Assembly (NCBI RefSeq): GCF_018977255.1
Contig: NW_024704745.1
Coordinates: 46,376,001 to 46,440,000 of the forward strand
DNA: 64,000 bases
Direction: 5' to 3'
From: Callorhinchus milii
Lineage: Eukaryota
Of this stretch, positions 37,291 through 51,298 are shown piece after piece (position 1 is the stretch's first letter; the number at the start of each line of letters is the position of its first letter). Below the pieces are notes generated by a model. That model saw only the letters and a program-made list of their open reading frames with translations. It was not told where the DNA came from and ran no database searches. The translations under genes and the position numbers were made by a program.

Positions 37291-38134
37291 TGAAAAAGAT
37301 GATCTGACACCATTTATTTTTGTGTCACCTGCAAAATTCAGTTGGGTTATTGAACTGGCTTTATGTTTCTAACTTTATGATGAGAATAAAGCTGACTATT
37401 CAATAATCCCCTATGAAATGCCATCTGTAGTTGGAAGTCACAAAGCATGTATGCATATGCTTAAATATGCATTTATGAAGCTTGGCTTGCCATGAATGAT
37501 GCAAGTGGGCTGTATAACATCAGGCTAAACTAAAAATGGCAATAGTGGAGTGGATCTAAATTGTGAGATTCACAAAATATATTGGAAATAGCAAAGTCCG
37601 TGTATACATTGAAACCCCTCTTGAACCCCTCTCAATTTCAATACCTGGATTATGGCTTCAGTGCAGATTGATATTTGCATCAGCATAGATTCACTATTTG
37701 GAAATTGTTTTGTGAATCTTTGCAGTGTAGGCCCCATTATCAATAGTTCAACTGAGACATAAAGTATCCCTCATCTTTATACCAGAGTAAAGACTGGAGG
37801 GACTGGGCCAATTTTCACTGGACTAGTGAAGTTTGAGACAACTTGATAGACGTCTTTGAAATTAGGATAGGCACTCCTATCAACTGAAATTTCATTCAGT
37901 AGATAGGAAGGAATTATTTCCTTTGGTCGATGAATAGAGGACATTTGTTTTCAAGAGGGAACCAAATAGATACAGTGAGGTATCCCAGAAGGAGACTTGG
38001 CTGACAAGAAAAAGTTAGGTTTGCAATAAACCAAGACGTTGTTGATGGTTCATAACTTGGCTCGTCAATGCAATTCAGAAGTGTAGATATGGGCATGTTC
38101 TCAACCTTGTAAGCCAAGTAGTATGTAGAATCCA

Positions 38135-39680
38135 AACTCACCTTCAAGGCCCTCCACGGTCTTGCTCCCCCCTATTTCTCCAACCTCATAACCCCATGTC
38201 AGTCTGTCCGCTCCCTCCGCTCATAGGAACATAGGAACAGGAGTAGGCCATTCAGCCCATCGAGTCTGTTCCGCCATTTAATTAGATCATGGCTGATCTA
38301 TATCTTTACTGGAATTTCAAATCCAATTTCCTGCTGTCTCCCTGTATCCCTTAACACCCCGACCTATCAAAAATCTGTCAATTTCTTTCTTGAAGGTGTG
38401 AATGGAACCAGCATCCACAACATTTTTGGGGAGAGAGTTCCAGATTCCTACCACCCTTTGAGTGAAAAAAATGCTTCCTAACTTCACTCTTAAATGGTCT
38501 GGTTCTAATTTTAAGACTATGCCCGCTTGTTTTTCATTCCCCCAACATAGGAAATAGCTTTTCTGCATTTACCCTATCAAATCCCTTTATCATCCTAAAA
38601 AACCTCTATCAAATCACCCCTCATTCTTCTAAACTCGAGGGAATACAATCCAAGTTTACGCAGCCTTTCTTCGTAACTTAACCCTTTTTGGCCTGGTAAC
38701 ATTCTGGTGAACCTGCGCTGCACCCCCTCCAGAGCCAATATATCATTCCTGTGGTGCCCAAAACTGAACGCAGTACTCCAGGTTGGTCTGACTGACGCTC
38801 TGTACAGCTGAAGCATCATTTCTTCCCCTTTGTATTCCAGACCTCTCGAGACAAAGGCCAACATACCATTTGCCTTTTTGATTATGTTTTGCACCTGGGA
38901 ACTAGTTTTTAGTGATTTGTGGATACAGACACCCAAATCTTTTTGCTCTTCCATAACTCTTAATTTCTCTCCATTTAGAAAGTATTCTGCCCTATCTTTT
39001 TTTGGTCCATAGTGGATGACTTCGCACTTCCCGACATTGAACTCCATCTGCACAGCTTTGCCCAATCTGTTTAAGTGCCTCTGTAACTTCCTACTCCCAT
39101 CTTCACTACTTGCTGAGCCTCCTATCTTAGTGTCATCCGCAAACTTGTATATAAAACTTTTTATTTTTTCATCCAAATCATTTATGTATATGGCAAAAAG
39201 CTAAAGTCCCAGTACAGACCCTTGGGGGACTATCATGTCCGCCCAATCAGAGAACATTCCCTTAATCCCTACCCTCTGTTTTCTGCCTCCCAAACAATTG
39301 CGAAGCCACGTCACAAGGTTACCTCCGATTCCGTGCGCTTCTATTTTTGCTAATAAACTTTTGTGTGGAACCTTACACCGGCCTGCTTCAGGTCCCCCGC
39401 ACTTCCCACTCTACCATTGGTGATCGGGCATTCATCACCTCTGCCCTCACACTCTGGAAATCAATCCTGCAATCCCTCCGCCTCACCTCCTCTCTTGCCT
39501 CCTTCGAGTCCCGTCTAAAGACCTTCCTCTTCGATTGTACCTTGGGCCACCCTTCCAACCCCACCCTCCTCCCCTTCTGACCCCAACTCTCAGCTTGGGT
39601 CCAAACCCCACTGACTGTCCAGCACCCTGGGACATCTTTCCGATGTGAAGGGAGCTATACAAGTGTAATTTGTTGGTGTT
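38135..39680 (+). mobile_element. L2 3' fragment interrupted by a CR1 (38222-39372)
   Basis: L2 'ctcaccttcaaggccctccacgg...ctccctccgctc' resumes as 'accggcctgc' at 39377. Confidence 0.75.
38222..39372 (-). mobile_element. CR1 LINE 3' portion
   Basis: ORF 38595-39176 KFADDTKIGG...[14 protein letters not shown]...GDLIEVF; octamer tail repeat ataggaac x2. Confidence 0.95.
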
Positions 39681-40941
39681 GTTGTAGGTAATACTGTGCT
39701 GAATAGTCGCCATAATAATTTTTTATGGATCAGATGATTTTTAGACCCCAGCCCAGGGTGTTATGTCTAATCAAGTTTACCTGGGTTCTCCAGAGGGCTC
39801 TTTATTTATGAAGCAAACTATTTTGTAATTGATACCAGGTTGGTAGAAACATAGCTAAAATGAGGCTGTGTTTGGAAAATTTTTGAGACACAATCTTAAT
39901 CTATAGACACTAGTTCCTTAAGACTGCAACAAATATTACAATATTTGTTATAAACCATTTTTTAAAAGGTAAAAGTGCCTCCATTTAGAGTGAGATTTTT
40001 GTAGTACAGTTCCAAATGTAATCTATTAAATATTTATTTACAGAGAGGATCCACTACAATGTGCATGCATTAAACTCTAAATCATTTATTACTGCATGAC
40101 TCATTAATTATTTCTACAGTTGGATCCCTAAATAGAGGGCTCCAGCCAGGGTACGGTTAATCTCTTTAGTCCAAGGAAAACAACATTTTTTTTACAAATA
40201 TGTTGCTTTCTGTACCATTAGTTGACAACATTTTATTTTCCTCTATTGTGTATAACCTGACAAGCATTACAGCATTGGTGAAGAATCAATTAATGGTTCC
40301 TGCTCCTGAGTCCTTACAATCCTCAGAAACATTTGCGATATTGATTCCGCACAGTCACAGTCCTCTCACTATTATTAACTATTGCACTGCTCATCAAGTA
40401 GATGAACAGCATAGGAATGCAGAAGCACAATTTGTGATAGTGAAAAAATTACTTCCAAGGCTCATGTAATCAAATAGTCTTTAGTAAAATTAATCTAATG
40501 CACCTGAAGGTCAGCATCATATCTCATACCTCACATCGAAAAGAGTTGAAAGAAACGAACAAACCTTTCTTTGCAGCTTGACCCCAGCTGACAAAGACAA
40601 CAGACAACTTTTGAATAATAATAATAATCTTTATATTTTATATAGTGCCATTCACATCAGAGCGCTCAAAGCACTTCACATTATTTACTGTAAAGTGCAG
40701 TGATTGTGTATTTTGGAAGTAAATGCCAATTTGCATACAACAATATTCCACAAACATTCACTTCTGCAATTAAGTGAATGATTAATTTTATCTGAAGGAT
40801 TATTGGCCAGGACACTGGGATAAACTCACTTCTCTAGCATCAAAAATCGTCAAGCAATTATACTTACCTACATGTATAAAATAAATCTCAGCCATGCTGC
40901 ATGGGGAAGCACTGAGCAGAGGCTTGGCATTTCTCTACAGT

Positions 40942-41130
40942 ACAGTAGTGACCAACCTGTGGTCCGCGGGGCCGTGAACAGTCCATGTTCAATCATTAAT
41001 TTGTTTTCAGTTTTTTTCTTGATTGAATATTTCTTGAATTATGCCATAAATCAAGAAATATTCAATAATGAAGATGTATTCTGTTGGCCTACCATAAACA
41101 GGAATGGAAAATACTATGGGGTAGCTCGTC
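40942..41130 (+). mobile_element. hAT-like non-autonomous element (MITE) with internal hairpin
   Basis: TIR-like cagtagtgaccaacctgtggtccgcggg; 15-bp inverted repeat ttgaatatttcttga/tcaagaaatattcaa; related copy at 63278-63505. Confidence 0.6.
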
Positions 41131-41514
41131 AGCTGTTCTCATACATCTCCTGACACGAGCCAACAGCATCATTATCAGAGGTCTGGGAACAGACTGTCCT
41201 CATTCTCTCAACTGTAGAAAGTATTTAGTGGAAGACGAAAGGGAAAACGGTCTGCTAAGATGAGAAATGGAGCTCCATAGCAATACATACTCTTCAAAAA
41301 AGATAGTGGTATTACTGTCACTATACCTTCACTATAATGATCCTATTAATGCAGTCAGGACATAACCTGTGCATCACCAGTTTTTATGTTGAATAGTGCT
41401 GTGCCCTTAAGGTACCACATAAATATCTATTGTTTGTAATAGAGAACATAAGATTGAGGCAAGAATGTGATCCAGGTCTTTAAAAACCTAAGAGGCATTA
41501 ATAATATTGGTGTT

Positions 41515-41937
41515 ACCTACCTACCCCCTACCTACCTGCCCGTACCCTCCGTTCCTCTGGCTCCGGTCTGCTCCACGTCCCCCGCCCCAACCGCCCTACC
41601 ATCGGTGGTCGGGCCTTCAGCCTCTCAGCCCCCAGGCTCTGGAACTGCATACCCCAGTGCCTTCGCCGCTTCCTCCCTTTCCTCCTTCAAGGCCGGTCTC
41701 AAAACCTTTCTCTTTGACCGTGCCTTCAGCTCCCCTCTCGACTCTCTTCCCCCTCCTCGCTCCCTCCCTTCCCTCCCCTCACCCTGACCATTTCCCCCCT
41801 CCTTGCTCCCTCCCTTCCCTCACCCTGACCATTTCCCCCCTGCTCGGGTCATGACCCAACTGTGCAGCGCCTTGGGACGTCCTCCTGACGTGAAAGGCGC
41901 TTTATAAATGGAATCTTGTTGTTGTTGTTGTTGTTGT
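41515..41937 (+). mobile_element. Young, heavily 5'-truncated L2
   Basis: Nearly identical to 10490-10908; (TTG)n tail. Confidence 0.95.
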
Positions 41938-41959
41938 AAGCTATTGCAGTTAAACTGCA

Positions 41960-42285
41960 ACACAGGAACTGAGCACTACGTGCTGAGCACTGGGAGTGTA
42001 TCGCATTGTCAGAGGTGCTGTCCTTCGGATGAGCCATTAAACCCAGGTCCTTTCTGCTTGTTAAGGTGGATGTTAAAAACCCAATCACATTCTTCGAAAA
42101 GAGAAGGGAGTTTATCCAGTTGTCCAGGCCAACAATCCCCCAAATAAAAAAATGTCATTTACTTTGTGCTCTTCGTGGGACATTGTTCTGTGCAAATTGG
42201 CTGCTGCGTTCATCTTTAAATATACAGTCACAGGCTACAGTAAAATCCTGTGAAGTGGTTTGAGACGTCTTGACAATGTGGAAAA
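41960..42285 (+). mobile_element. Old Deu-domain SINE
   Basis: aggtggatgttaaaaacccaatc...gtgggacattgttctgtgcaaattggctgc. Confidence 0.75.
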
Positions 42286-42839
42286 GAAAGAATGGATTTA
42301 AAGAAGCAAGAATGCCAAATAGTCTGAGATGTAAATGAGCTGTTGTGTATGAGGATGCACAAAGTGCACTGAGTAAAAGTGGGAGCTCGAGGCACTAATC
42401 TCTCAGATGGTTGCCACAAGCGCAATGGCCAAGTGGCCTTCTTCTGTGCTGTATAATTCTGTAATTTTACAATCATTGTAATTTCTGCAATTTCATCAAA
42501 TTCATGACTAGCATTAGAGTGCCTCTGTTGGTAGTACTTCTGTCTCTGGGTTAGAAGGTTATGGGTTCTGACCCAATATGTGGCTTTGAGTTTACTGTCT
42601 AGGCTGAAAATCCAAAGCTGTGCCTGAGGATTCCTGTGTTGCTTGAGGTGCCGTCCTTTGGATGAAAAGTAAACTGAGATCCCATCTGCTTGTTCAGCTA
42701 AACCCTAAAGATCCCATCCACTATGAAAACAGTTTTTTCCCCCAGTGTCATGGTCAACAATCCTCCAGATAAATTGATTATTCTCTTAGTTGTTGTTCGT
42801 GGGTCCGTTGTGTGTATGAGGATGCACAAAGTGGACTGT

Positions 42840-43015
42840 CTCAAGATCCTTCTCTTCGATCGTGACTTTGTCACCCTCCCAACTCCCTGCCTTCCCTCAT
42901 CCCTACATCCCTCCTCCCTCATGCTCGGGACCCAATGCCTGACTGTTCAGCACTTTGGGACGTCCTCCCAACTTGAAGGGCGCTCCTTAAATGAAATTTT
43001 GTTGTTGTTGTTGCA
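42840..43015 (+). mobile_element. L2 3' end
   Basis: ttgggacgtcctcccaacttgaagggcgctccttaaatg followed by (ttg)n. Confidence 0.75.
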
Positions 43016-44660
43016 ACTTAACTGCTGCCAGTACAGTCACTACATTTGCCAGAACTAACCTGTTAAAATATGTTAGTTACTTATGAAATAAATTATTGTT
43101 ATTAATTATTGTATTCGTTATTCATCAAAATATAATTTCTTTACATCAGTAACTATTTTGGAAAATAAAATTTTAGCTGATGTTTGGATAGTGGCATCTC
43201 AGTGACTTATGCTTCATTATTACAAGTTATCAACAGAGCGGACAGTTCTTCATATATCAGGATATTGTCATCACATCTGGTCTCCCTGAGAGAATATACT
43301 CTGGGAGCAGTATTTGAGTGCTGCTTTGCAAGATACCAGGTGAATTAAGTCAATTTCCTGTTTCTAACTGTCTCAGTATTCAGGAAGAGTTTCAAAGTGG
43401 TACATACCGAGGCCACTGCACACGAGGGCTGAGGACTCATGGTGCAGGATAGCATGATCAAAATGAGTACCAGAGAAACAAGAGAAGTCATGAAGAAATT
43501 ATGGTAATATCAAGTTTGGAGTTTAAAGTTTGTTTGCGGTAAAGGTTTGCAGTCTTAAGATCCTAGTAAAAAAACAAAGTGGATTAGAACAGTCTTGCAA
43601 GTGCTGATGGCAGCCCACACTAGTAGATTTACATTGTCCCTTTGGCACCTGGGCAATATATAGCATTATCACTGTTGCAATAATATAGCTGTCAAGTATA
43701 AACCAGACAAATCCTCACATTATGAGTAATGTACTTTCTTTTTTTAAACAGGCAGCCCATAACATTACAGATTAAAATGTGCCAACTGTATTTGTAGTCA
43801 GCAAATGGATTATATTAATTTTGTGAAAAGTTTAATCGTAACTTTACCTACTACTGACAAAGGCAAGTAGGCTTGGAATAATCCCTTTAGAGGTACAATT
43901 TCACATGTATAATTTCTTTCATCAGTCAACTCTGCAGTCTGTATCTCGAGTCATGCTCCAAAATTTTGAGAGAACAATTTGGAATTATCTTCTTATTCAA
44001 GACTCTTGTTACTGCGTTTACATGTAGGTCATCTGTTTTGTTTCTTAGAAAAGCAAACCAGATGTTAGACATGCAAAAGGTGATATAGCTGTAAATATCT
44101 GAATAAAGAAATTCATAGATTCAAGCTATTTGCTTAATACTGCAACAGAAGGATAAATAATTACCTTGGATAGTTGAGATGTTTACAATAAATTATTTTA
44201 TCAATAACCAAAGTATAGTTGCTTTATTTTTTAACACCTATCCAGAAATATATGTAAAGAAATTAATATTCTATTTTTATAAATTACTCACAAAGTCAGC
44301 AACTCTTCATACGTCAGGATCGGGTCGGGATTGTGTAACTCTATCTTGTCTATTAGAACAGACTTAATGATCAAATGTTTTTAGTTTTGTTCCATAAGTT
44401 TTGTTTCACTTCATGGCTGTTTGGACATTGCTGTGCATAAATTGGCTACTGAGTTTGCCTACGAATACGCGTTTACAGAAAGCGTAAAGTGCTTTGAGAC
44501 ATCTCAATGAACTGATAAGTAATTATATACAATACAAATTTACATTCATATAGCGCTTTTCACAGGATATTGTACAGTCCAGGATTGGCAGCCTAGCAAA
44601 TTCAAGGACTATTAATGCTATTATTTATATAATATGTTCTTTTAACTGAACAATAGAAGT

Positions 44661-44970
44661 GGAGTCCCATAGCTCAGTGGTTAAAGCACTCCCCTCGCAA
44701 GTGAGAGACCTGGGTTCAATTACCAGCAGGCCGACACATTGGGCAAGTTTCGTTACTCCACACCCCTGATGATAATCCCTCAAGAAATAAAAAAAATAAA
44801 GTTGGTCACGCAGTCCACGACTGTTTGTGGGACACTGCTGTGCGCAATTAACTGCTACGTTTTGCCCACAAATATACAGTCAATTCTCTTTACAGTATAT
44901 TCTGTGAAGCCTTTTTGAGACGTCTCAAAGATATGAAAAGCACTATATCAAATGCAATGATTATTATTAT
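44661..44970 (+). mobile_element. tRNA-derived SINE, short subfamily
   Basis: Complete head-to-tail copy. Confidence 0.9.
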
Positions 44971-47900
44971 TAATAATAAATGTTCAATACCTAAAGGGAA
45001 GCCACCTCAATCCTTGAAGGATAGTACTTGATTGAAGGATAGCTTCAAAAATTAAAATTCAAGTTAAAGTAAAAGGCATTCAGAAGCCAATGTAAGCTCA
45101 AGCTGTGATCTCATAGTTTACTTCATCACCTGATTCCTTTGATTACTGTAAATTATGCTTAAATATTAGTTAAAGCCATTACCATCCATTATCAAATGCA
45201 CAGTCTTACAACTATCAGTGATTCATGGGTTTTATCTAACAAAATACAAACAAAAACATCTGCATTCACTGCCCATCTAGCAGATCATGTAACATACATC
45301 TAGCAGCTGAGTATGCAGTCATCATTGTAGATAACATTAGAGTGATATATCCCAACCTAATTAAGAATCTGTTTGTGAAAATAAAATTATAGCCCAAATG
45401 TAAAAGGAGATAAAGAAACACGATTGATATAATTTTTTTATAAAGCTGGAAATCCGTTGCAGAATCTGATAACAAATTATGGGTCACATAGAGTTACATG
45501 ACTGACACAGAATAGAAACAGGCCATTCGGCTCAAACAGTCCATACCAGTAAGTGGTTTGCCTTGGGCCCTTCATCAGTAAGGGTAGTCTGGGGGATATC
45601 CATATATATCCTTATATTATCTAGAAGATGGAAGGTACAAGGAACGCCCTGGGAGCTTGCCCACCGGGAAACTTGCAGGGAATTCCTTGTATCTACCATC
45701 TACCTAGTGAGGCTCACACCCACACTTGTCAGATGTCGAACGACCAACTGGCTCATCATCAAGACCTGGAAAGGCAGACCAGTCACTGGGGGCAGGGAAT
45801 CATCCTACCAAGCTTCTGTTAACTGTGCAAGCCAAAACCCTAACGGGTAGAGTGGTCCTAGCTGGACAACAGTGGGAAAGCTTGCCGGACAGCAATAGCA
45901 TTGGCAAGCTATGGGGTTTTAGCTGGTGAGACTCCAACAGTACCCCAACGCACACTTTGGGGTCACGAAACCTTGGCTCTTGCCAACCTGTGCCTAATAC
46001 TTTCTGGAATTAGATAAGCAGGATGCATCCCTCCAGGGAGAGAGTGTGCATTCCATTCCAACAATCTATCTCTGGGATTTCCATGTGCAGGTGGGATGCA
46101 CAGAAATCTCAGTTTGGTTTGGATAGTCTTATGTATGGTGATGGGTTTCTGCATCTGGCTGACCAAAAAAAAGAAGGCCAGCCAAGAAGATGAAGACATT
46201 AGGAAGAAAAATGATTACATGACAAAACAGCTGAAAGCTGTTAACAGTTTGTGAAATGCTATTATTGGGAGGATTAGGAATAAAAAAAATCAAATAAATC
46301 AGCAGTAAGGAGATGTGAAATTCAGGTACAATATAGGAAACAAAAGGATATGCATGGAAATTTCTGTTTGTGTGGAAAGGAGGGACGCACCCTGTTTACC
46401 AAATCTTGGAAAATCTAGGCAACCCTGCAAGTCAAAGGCCTAATTTAGGCAACAGCCAAGGCTTGAGGATATCATATGAATAGAAAAAAATCATAGAATT
46501 TTACAGCATAGAAGCCATTCAATCCATCATCCAAAATACCTTTCAGAGACAGAACCACTTTAAATGAGATCAGGGCTGCTGTTAAATGAAGCCGGATGGA
46601 ATCACAATAAACAAAGAACATCCAATAGATTGAGACTCTCCGAGACACTATCCCATGTGAAGGGCGCTATATAAATGTAAGTTGCTGTTGAATGAGTCTC
46701 TTGGAGATACATCTTCTGTGTCCTGTGCAGGCTCTCTTTATGTTTGAGCATTTCCATTCCAGCTCTGAACTTCAAAGTGCTTCATTTCCCGTTTTGAGTT
46801 TTTGTTTGCATATTTGTCTGAATGCCAAATTATGCAGTTTGCACAGTAACAATGATTTAAACACATAACCACACAGCTTCATTTCTCTCTGGCTTCTGTC
46901 GTGTTTTATAAACGGTGAAATATTTTAAATTAAGCTGAAAAATTGAAAGTATGGCAGTAAAAATGCAATAATATGCATCTTTTTTACTGGTCTATCAAAA
47001 GCAAATTTAATCCCCAGCACCTCTTTAAATTCAGTCTTGTGCATTCAGAATTAATATTGAAGTTTTATAGGGCCTTAGAGCTATTAATTTGAAAAGTAGT
47101 GTACTTTTTTTATTATATTTATTCAGGGTACATTCCACTTGAGATAAACAGTTGCGTTCTACAAGTCCTCAAAGGCTAATTTGTAGCAGGGCACTATGTC
47201 GTACACACAAAACTTCTTGAAATGATTTCTCCCCTTAATGTATGTTCCCTTCAGTTTGTTTTGCGTGGACATTGAACTATTCTTCCTATCTTTGCCTGAT
47301 TTATCTTTTTAGGTTAATCCATTTTTATATTTCTGTGTATACATTCTGTATTTATATTCAGACTATGGAAACTCTTTTCCTTGGGCCAAGTGGTTCTGTA
47401 CATTTTTAGCTCCTATCTATGATACTGAAAAGGTGCTACTTTTACAACAATTGCTCAAACATTAGAACAATGTTATTACTATAATATCCTATAATATCAA
47501 TATTGACTTTACATCACTAGAATAAGTCTTCGTTTTACAATTTTGGGTGTCCGATTATTTTTCTATTTCTTCCCTTTGGCATATGTCTCTGTACCTAATT
47601 GTCAGTTAGCCTCCTCGTGCTGGGTGCAGTTCCATGGGCACTGGCTCGCCTCAGATACATAGGCACTGATTACCCTCAGATACCCCACTCCATGGCAGTG
47701 AGCGTTACAGCTGAGCCGGACTCTTCTCACTCAGCCGTCACATGCACACAAGTAGAGGATGCTGAAGATGGTCCAGGACCCTGGCCAGCTTTTCTCTGTC
47801 TAGCACTGAGAAGACTGACATGAATTTAACCTCTTAATGCAGCCCAAATTGAGACCCACATTGAATTCAGCACAATATTTGAACCAGTGAGATCCCAGAC

Positions 47901-48289
47901 CATAAATCTGTCCACAACTCCATTGGGGCTACCCCAGAAGCATCACTTTGACTAAAATTAAACAAGTAAAGTAAAACGTGAGGACTTTGCTTCTATTTTT
48001 TTCTGAACGGTGATTATTTCTGTTTTCTGAGCAGTAATTATTTTAACTCTTTTACTATTTATGTTACCTCTTATATAGCTCATTTTCTAATTACTGTAGA
48101 TTTTTTCTTTGTTTTTTAATTATTTCTAGTATCCACTTTGCATAAGGTGAGTGAAGAGTCTCTTTAGAATTGAGCTACCCCCAAGGTTACATGCCTGGCA
48201 ATAGAAAAGCAAAATTAACTCAAACTTCAGTGGCGGTCTCAGTAATCCAGTTTCTGAGCCAGGTAGGTTTACAGTATTCAACAACAACA

Positions 48290-48620
48290 ACTTGTATTTA
48301 TATAGCACCCTCCACGCCGGGCGGCATCTCAGTGGAGTACAAGGCTGAGCCAGGGGAATGAGGAGGGGGAAGGTGACGGTAGGCACGGTCGAAGAGGAAG
48401 GTCTTCAGGCGCGACCTGAAGATGGGGAAGGAGGGGGCAAGGTGAAGGGGTTGAGGGAGAGAGTTCCAAAGTTCAGCGTGTAGTGGCTGAAGGCGCAGCT
48501 GCCGATGGTGGAGCAGAGGATTTGGGGGAAACGGAGGAGGCCGGACCCAGTAGAGCGGAGGCATCGGGCACTGCTGTGCGGAGAGAGGAGGTTAGAGAGA
48601 CAGGGGGATGCCAAGGAGAG
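48290..48620 (-). mobile_element. L2 3' fragment
   Basis: 'LRSTGSGLL...IGSCAFSHY' remnant; (CAA)n tail. Confidence 0.85.
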
Positions 48621-49404
48621 GAGGGATTCCATTCCAAGCACACTATTCCAAGCACTGTCGACCACAGACCATCCATACAACCTTCTTAGTGGCACTTGAA
48701 AGAGCAGAACAGTCACTGGAAACTAGGATTCTTCCCACTTGCTTGTTAACCCTGCAAGTCAAAGCCCTAACAGGTAGAGTGATCCTACTTGGACAAGCTA
48801 AGAAAGAAGCTTGCCAGTATTTGCAGTGGTAGGCTGTATGGTTTTAGCTAGTAAAACTCCAGCAGTATCATACTATATATTCTGAGGTCACCAAATCTTG
48901 GCTCTTGTCAACTTGCACCTTAATTCTCTGGTTTTAGGTACACAAGGTGCATTGTATCTATGGAGAGAGGGTGCACTCCATATCAAGCAAATCGTCATCA
49001 AACATTTGAAATTCTACAATCATACAAACTCTTAGTAATTTGGTCTGGAGATTTGTTTTGTTTGGATATTGCAATAGTTTCAAAGGAATACTAGGTTGTC
49101 TTTTTATTCGTAAAAGTAATGTATGATAATAAACTATAAGGATTTGCTGGAGATGTATGCTTCCTCTAACACACAAGCTTTTGTAATTATTTATATATAT
49201 CATCCAAAATACCTTTAAGAGACAGAACCATTCTAAATGAGATCAGGGTTGCTGTTAGTCGAGCCGGATGGAATCACAACACACAAAGAAACATCCAATA
49301 CCTCAAGATGCTCTGAGACACTACCCCATGTGAAGGGTGTTATATAAATGTAAATTGTTGTTGTTAAATGATCACAAGAAAAGCGAAAGGACAACGTATG
49401 AGAA

Positions 49405-49860
49405 TTTATTTCAACAATGGCAAGGAATTGCATTTACATATCACCATTACCTCGGGAGGATCTCCGAAGGCGCTGGAGGGTCAAGGGCTTGCACAAGATC
49501 TGGGGTTGAATTCGGGAGGAGTAGGGGGTCAATGAGGTGGGGTGAGAAGGTGACGGAAGGCATGGTCAAAGAGGAAGGTCTCGAGGCAGACCTTGAAGGA
49601 AGCAAGAAAAGCGGTGAGACGAAGGGATTCCGGGGTGTAATTCCACTGAGTGGAATGTGGATGATAGGTAGGTATGTGAAGCAGGCCAATGCCCGCTGAG
49701 CAGGGGGAGCAAGCGGGTTGGTAGGGTTTTAGAAGGTTACAGGGGTAGGGTGAGGCAAGACCGTGGAGGGATTTAAAAGTGAGGATGAGGATCTGGAACT
49801 TGATTTTCTGGGTGATGGGGAGCCAGTGGAGTTGTGCAAAGATCGAAATGGAGGCAGAGA
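49405..49860 (-). mobile_element. L2 3' fragment
   Basis: LHWLPITQKIKFQILILTFKSLHGLAS. Confidence 0.85.
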
Positions 49861-50934
49861 CCATGGTGGGTTTCAGGTATATGAAAGATAAAGACTGAAA
49901 GGAGTATAAGGATAGGGCAGCGTAGTGGAATTGATCGCCTTGTTCTGAGAGCTAGTACAGACACAATGGACCAAATGGCCTCCTACTGGGCTTTAAATGT
50001 CTATAATTCTATGATTTGGAACATACTCATCTCTTGGCCAGGACTCAGAAAAGCTCTTTCTCCAACAAGCTATTTAGCTATCACATTGCAATAGAAAATA
50101 GAATTGTATTTGCCATTAAACATCCAACATTGAATCTGGCGGAGGGCGTGGGGAGTTACAGAACCTAAATGAAAATTCTAAAGCCATCATAGTTTGCTCA
50201 CAAAAACTTGCACATGTAGCAGAATGGTTTTCCAATGTAAACTTGATGAAGTCAAAACATCTTTACATGACTTCTTGGGAGTTGAATTCTCTCCTGTTTA
50301 CCTTAGAAGGAGAGTGGGAGCAGAATATACCCCATCCCCTATCTCCTGATAATATGGAAACTGTACTTGAGTTCAGTGGTTTCATATCTTTATTCAGCAG
50401 GTCCCTGAATTTTGGAACAGGACTTGGACCCAGCACATACTTAAGAGACTTTCTCGAGGGCCATGATTTCCCAAAGAACACTTGATAATGTGGCAAATGT
50501 TGAAGTACTATTCATATTTTAGTAGCACATGACAGCAGTGAACAACACAAATCCATATGTTCAGTTCAGGTGGGGGTTCTTAATTTATTCTTTGGGCATC
50601 ACTAACAGGCAGGGCTCGCTGTGATGTTTAGCTTAGTGATTATGTATATTGATGAGAGATTCTTCAAAAAGAATGTGTGTTTTTGAGACAAGCCCAAAAT
50701 ACCCATAGGCATTTCCATCTCATTAGGTTCAATTATAAACATCATCAATATTGATTAAATATGTCATCTATCTATTGATGACATATTTATCACCTTGGGA
50801 CTTCCTCCCAATGTGAAAGGCGCTATACAAATGTAATTTTGTTGTTGTTGTTGATGAGCAGGTAGATGTTCACATTCAAAAGTGAAGTTGAGATTCAGAA
50901 ATGCACAGGCTTGTGGTGCCGTATGTATTCATAT

Positions 50935-51298
50935 CACTTCTTCTAGCGTCTCAAACCTCTTCACAGAATATACTGTAATATGAATCTACTGTATTTGTTG
51001 TGGGTGAAATGCAGTAGCCAATTGCGCCCAGCAGTATTCCACAAACAGTCATGGATTAAGTGACCAAATTATTGTTAAAAAAATGTTTTTTTTTATGATA
51101 AATGATTATTAGTAATAAATGATTATTACTCCCGGAAAAGCGATCCACCAATCGACTAACAAACAGGTTCCTACTTACTGCTAGGTAAACAGAGGCATGT
51201 GGAGTAAGGAAACTTGTCTAACGTTTCACCCTGCCCAAGAATCAAACCCAGATCTTCTCACTTGCGAGAATTTTCTAACCACTAAGCTATAGGACTCC
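50935..51298 (-). mobile_element. tRNA-derived SINE, long subfamily
   Basis: Carries the reverse complement of ctctgtttacctagcagtaagtagg, as at 33454. Confidence 0.85.

Noticed and set aside
50243-50496. Overlapping 77-80-aa ORFs on both strands
   Set aside because: No recognisable family and no consistent exon partners.
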